Program-made: the position numbers and the translations under genes
Source of the DNA: Sphaerodactylus townsendi
Taxonomy: Eukaryota
NCBI RefSeq assembly: GCF_021028975.2
Contig: NC_059425.1
Location: 26,040,001-26,104,000, forward strand
Direction of reading: 5' to 3'
DNA: 64,000 nt
Shown here: positions 62,101 to 64,000 of the stretch, piece by piece
How the letters are laid out: every line of letters starts with the position of its first letter
Numbering within the stretch: position 1 is the first letter of the stretch
The notes under the pieces: model-generated
Databases searched by the model: none
What the model was told of the DNA's origin: nothing
Seen by the model: only the letters and a program-made list of their open reading frames with translations

Positions 62101-63389
62101 GAGACAGACTCCGCAGGGCCCGGATGTCACTAGGGGGTGCATTCCACCAGGCTGGGGGCCAGGGCCATAAAATCCCTGGCCCATGTTGATGCCAGTCAAA
62201 TATCCCTGGGGGCCAGGACCACCAAGAGGGTTCAGACCAGAGGGGCCTTTGAGGACAATAAAGGAAGAGGTGGAGCCAGATGATAGCCAATGCTGAGTCC
62301 CCCCTTTCTTCATGGTCTGTTGATCTCAGTTGTGGCTTGGTCTCGTTGAAACTTCGTAAGACTTGGGTGTGGGAAGGAGTTCAGAAGCAAAGGAGTGCCT
62401 CATGGATCTGGTGGCATAATGGATGGGTGCATGGTGGGTTAGGTGCCCCCCCTCCGATATATAGGGGTAAAGTTTGCAGAAAAAAATGAAAAGACTTTCC
62501 CATGGCACCCTTTTCTATCCATTCTCCACTGACATGTAGAGTTTCTAATGTACAGGTGGAGCCTGATGAGCTCCCAACTACAGAGATGAGTTCTTCTCAA
62601 GACGATGCCTGCTTTGGAAGGAGGACTCTATGTAGGTCTCCGCCATTAGCAGAGGGTCTCCCGGTCTCTCTGTTGCCCACGGCAGCCAGAGGATTTAATG
62701 GTGCCACACTGATGGTGCAGTATCACTTCAGTGAATATTTGGAAGTGACATTGATGCAATGTTCTAGGGTTTGGGAACAACTCTATGGTTTTAACACACA
62801 GTCTTGTCCAAATCCTGGAGAGCTGGATCCGTGTCATGCTGGCAATATGATACCGCTTCTGAGGTTTGCTGGAAGTGACACACTGTGGGTACAGCACCAA
62901 TTCCCATCCCTATGCCCTCTCAGATAGTTGCCAGTCATCAGCTGGCAGACTGAACTTTATGTCATTGCACAGAGCTGAGGTCTACCCCCAAGCCCCATCT
63001 TCCCAAAGCTCCATCGCTAAATCTGCAGGAATTTCCCAGTCCAGAGTTGGCAACTCTAGTGCTACAATATCCTTTTCTTTTTGATATGGAGGTGGCAAAG
63101 TGTACACGGTATTCCAAATTTGATCGAACCATTTATGTATACAAGAATATTACAGTACTAGCAGTAAAGCCTATTATACAAACAAATAGAACAGATTCTA
63201 GAAAACTGTTGGTGAGTTAAAAGCACCCATCTAGGGGACCAAATCTTCCTGCCTTTCCTCCCCACTTGGCCTCTCAATTTGCTACAGAAAACCCTGCCTA
63301 ATTATCCAGTTTTTGAAAGCTTACTTATAGCCCCTTCCCCCCCCCCCCCCCGTCCACATGCACAAATGGACAGGGTCCCTTAACTCTTT

Positions 63390-63545
63390 CTCAGGACGGT
63401 GGTGGTGTCTTCATCTTCGAAGATTTTTAAACAGAGACCAGATGGCCATCTGTCAGGAGTGCTTTGATTGTATGTTTCTGGGTGGCAGGGGGTTGGACTG
63501 GATGGATCTTGTGGACTCTTCCAGCTCGATGATTGTATGATTCTA
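63390..63545 (+). mobile_element. CR1 3' end fragment
   Basis: gatggccatctgtcaggagtgctttgattgtatg...atgattgtatgattcta matches the CR1 ends at 32245-32340 and 47710-47800. Confidence 0.8.
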
Positions 63546-63776
63546 GACTTACCCAATTCTGTGGTTAAATGTCTTCTCAGACAGGAAAAGAACTTTGCAC
63601 ATCTTCAGAGGCCCCCTATCCTTGGTGTCAAAATTTGGGAAATCACAAACTGGCATTCCTATTAGCGCAGGAAAAGATAATAATTTTGGTGCCTCCCAGC
63701 CTTTATTGCAGGAATCCCACTGTGTGCTGTGAATACACTATACCTCTAACCGGCCTCCTTTTCCCCAGGCATAAGG

Positions 63777-63860
63777 ATGAAACCCATTTCATGTCTGCTC
63801 CTGGCAATGCTCCTGAGAGCTTCAATTTCACAAGAACCGGAGGAACCCGACACCTACATG
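63777..63860 (+). CDS. EFEMP2: EGF-containing fibulin extracellular matrix protein 2 (fibulin-4), first coding exon (signal peptide); gene continues beyond the window
   Basis: Branch point ctctaac, acceptor ccttttccccag| at 63768, aggATG, MKPISCLLLAMLLRASISQEPEEPDTYM, donor |GTAAAT in phase 0; the ending resembles human EFEMP2 ...PQDSEEPDSYT at its exon boundary; strand and order fit FOSL1-CCDC85B-FIBP-EFEMP2 synteny. Confidence 0.82.
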
Positions 63861-64000
63861 GTAAATGGAATTGCTCCAGCCTTAAGATCTGTCACCCAAA
63901 GGAGGGTGTATTGTGGAGAGGGAGAGAATCAAGCAGTCATATACAGTTCATGCAGGAGAAGTCTATCAGTGGCTATTAGCAGTGATGGCTAAATAGAACC

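Noticed and set aside
61201-62927. 113-141 aa ORFs inside EFEMP2 intron 1
   Set aside because: No recognisable domain or splice support; they overlap L2-like and gttgcca/tggcaac MITE debris
1-64000. Prokaryotic-type systems (CRISPR arrays, operons, defence islands)
   Set aside because: Spliced vertebrate genes and SINE/LINE content; no regularly spaced repeat-spacer array seen

Overview
Vertebrate genomic DNA, most likely a gecko or other squamate. This is inferred from Squam3-like, Sauria-like and 5S-derived SINEs, CR1/L2 fragments, Penelope fragments and a SPIN MITE. The window is the block orthologous to human 11q13.1. It holds complete FOSL1 (+, 4 coding exons, 316 aa), intronless CCDC85B (-, 221 aa, in a CpG island), complete FIBP (+, 10 coding exons, 357 aa) and the 5' end of EFEMP2/fibulin-4 (+, putative non-coding exon 1 and the signal-peptide exon). 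I read exon boundaries by hand, and all phases join into open frames. I found no CTSW between FIBP and EFEMP2, where human has it. Most of the rest is transposable-element debris, often nested and with readable target-site duplications. I see no clearly new multi-gene system. The most notable observations are: Penelope-derived minimal hammerhead ribozyme motifs upstream of CCDC85B, a 63-bp locally templated insertion inside a nested SINE, a SPIN element, a 653-codon antisense ORF over CCDC85B, a candidate solo LTR promoter pointing at CCDC85B, and a readable immediate-early regulatory architecture around FOSL1. Repeat family names and human comparisons are from memory, not from database searches.
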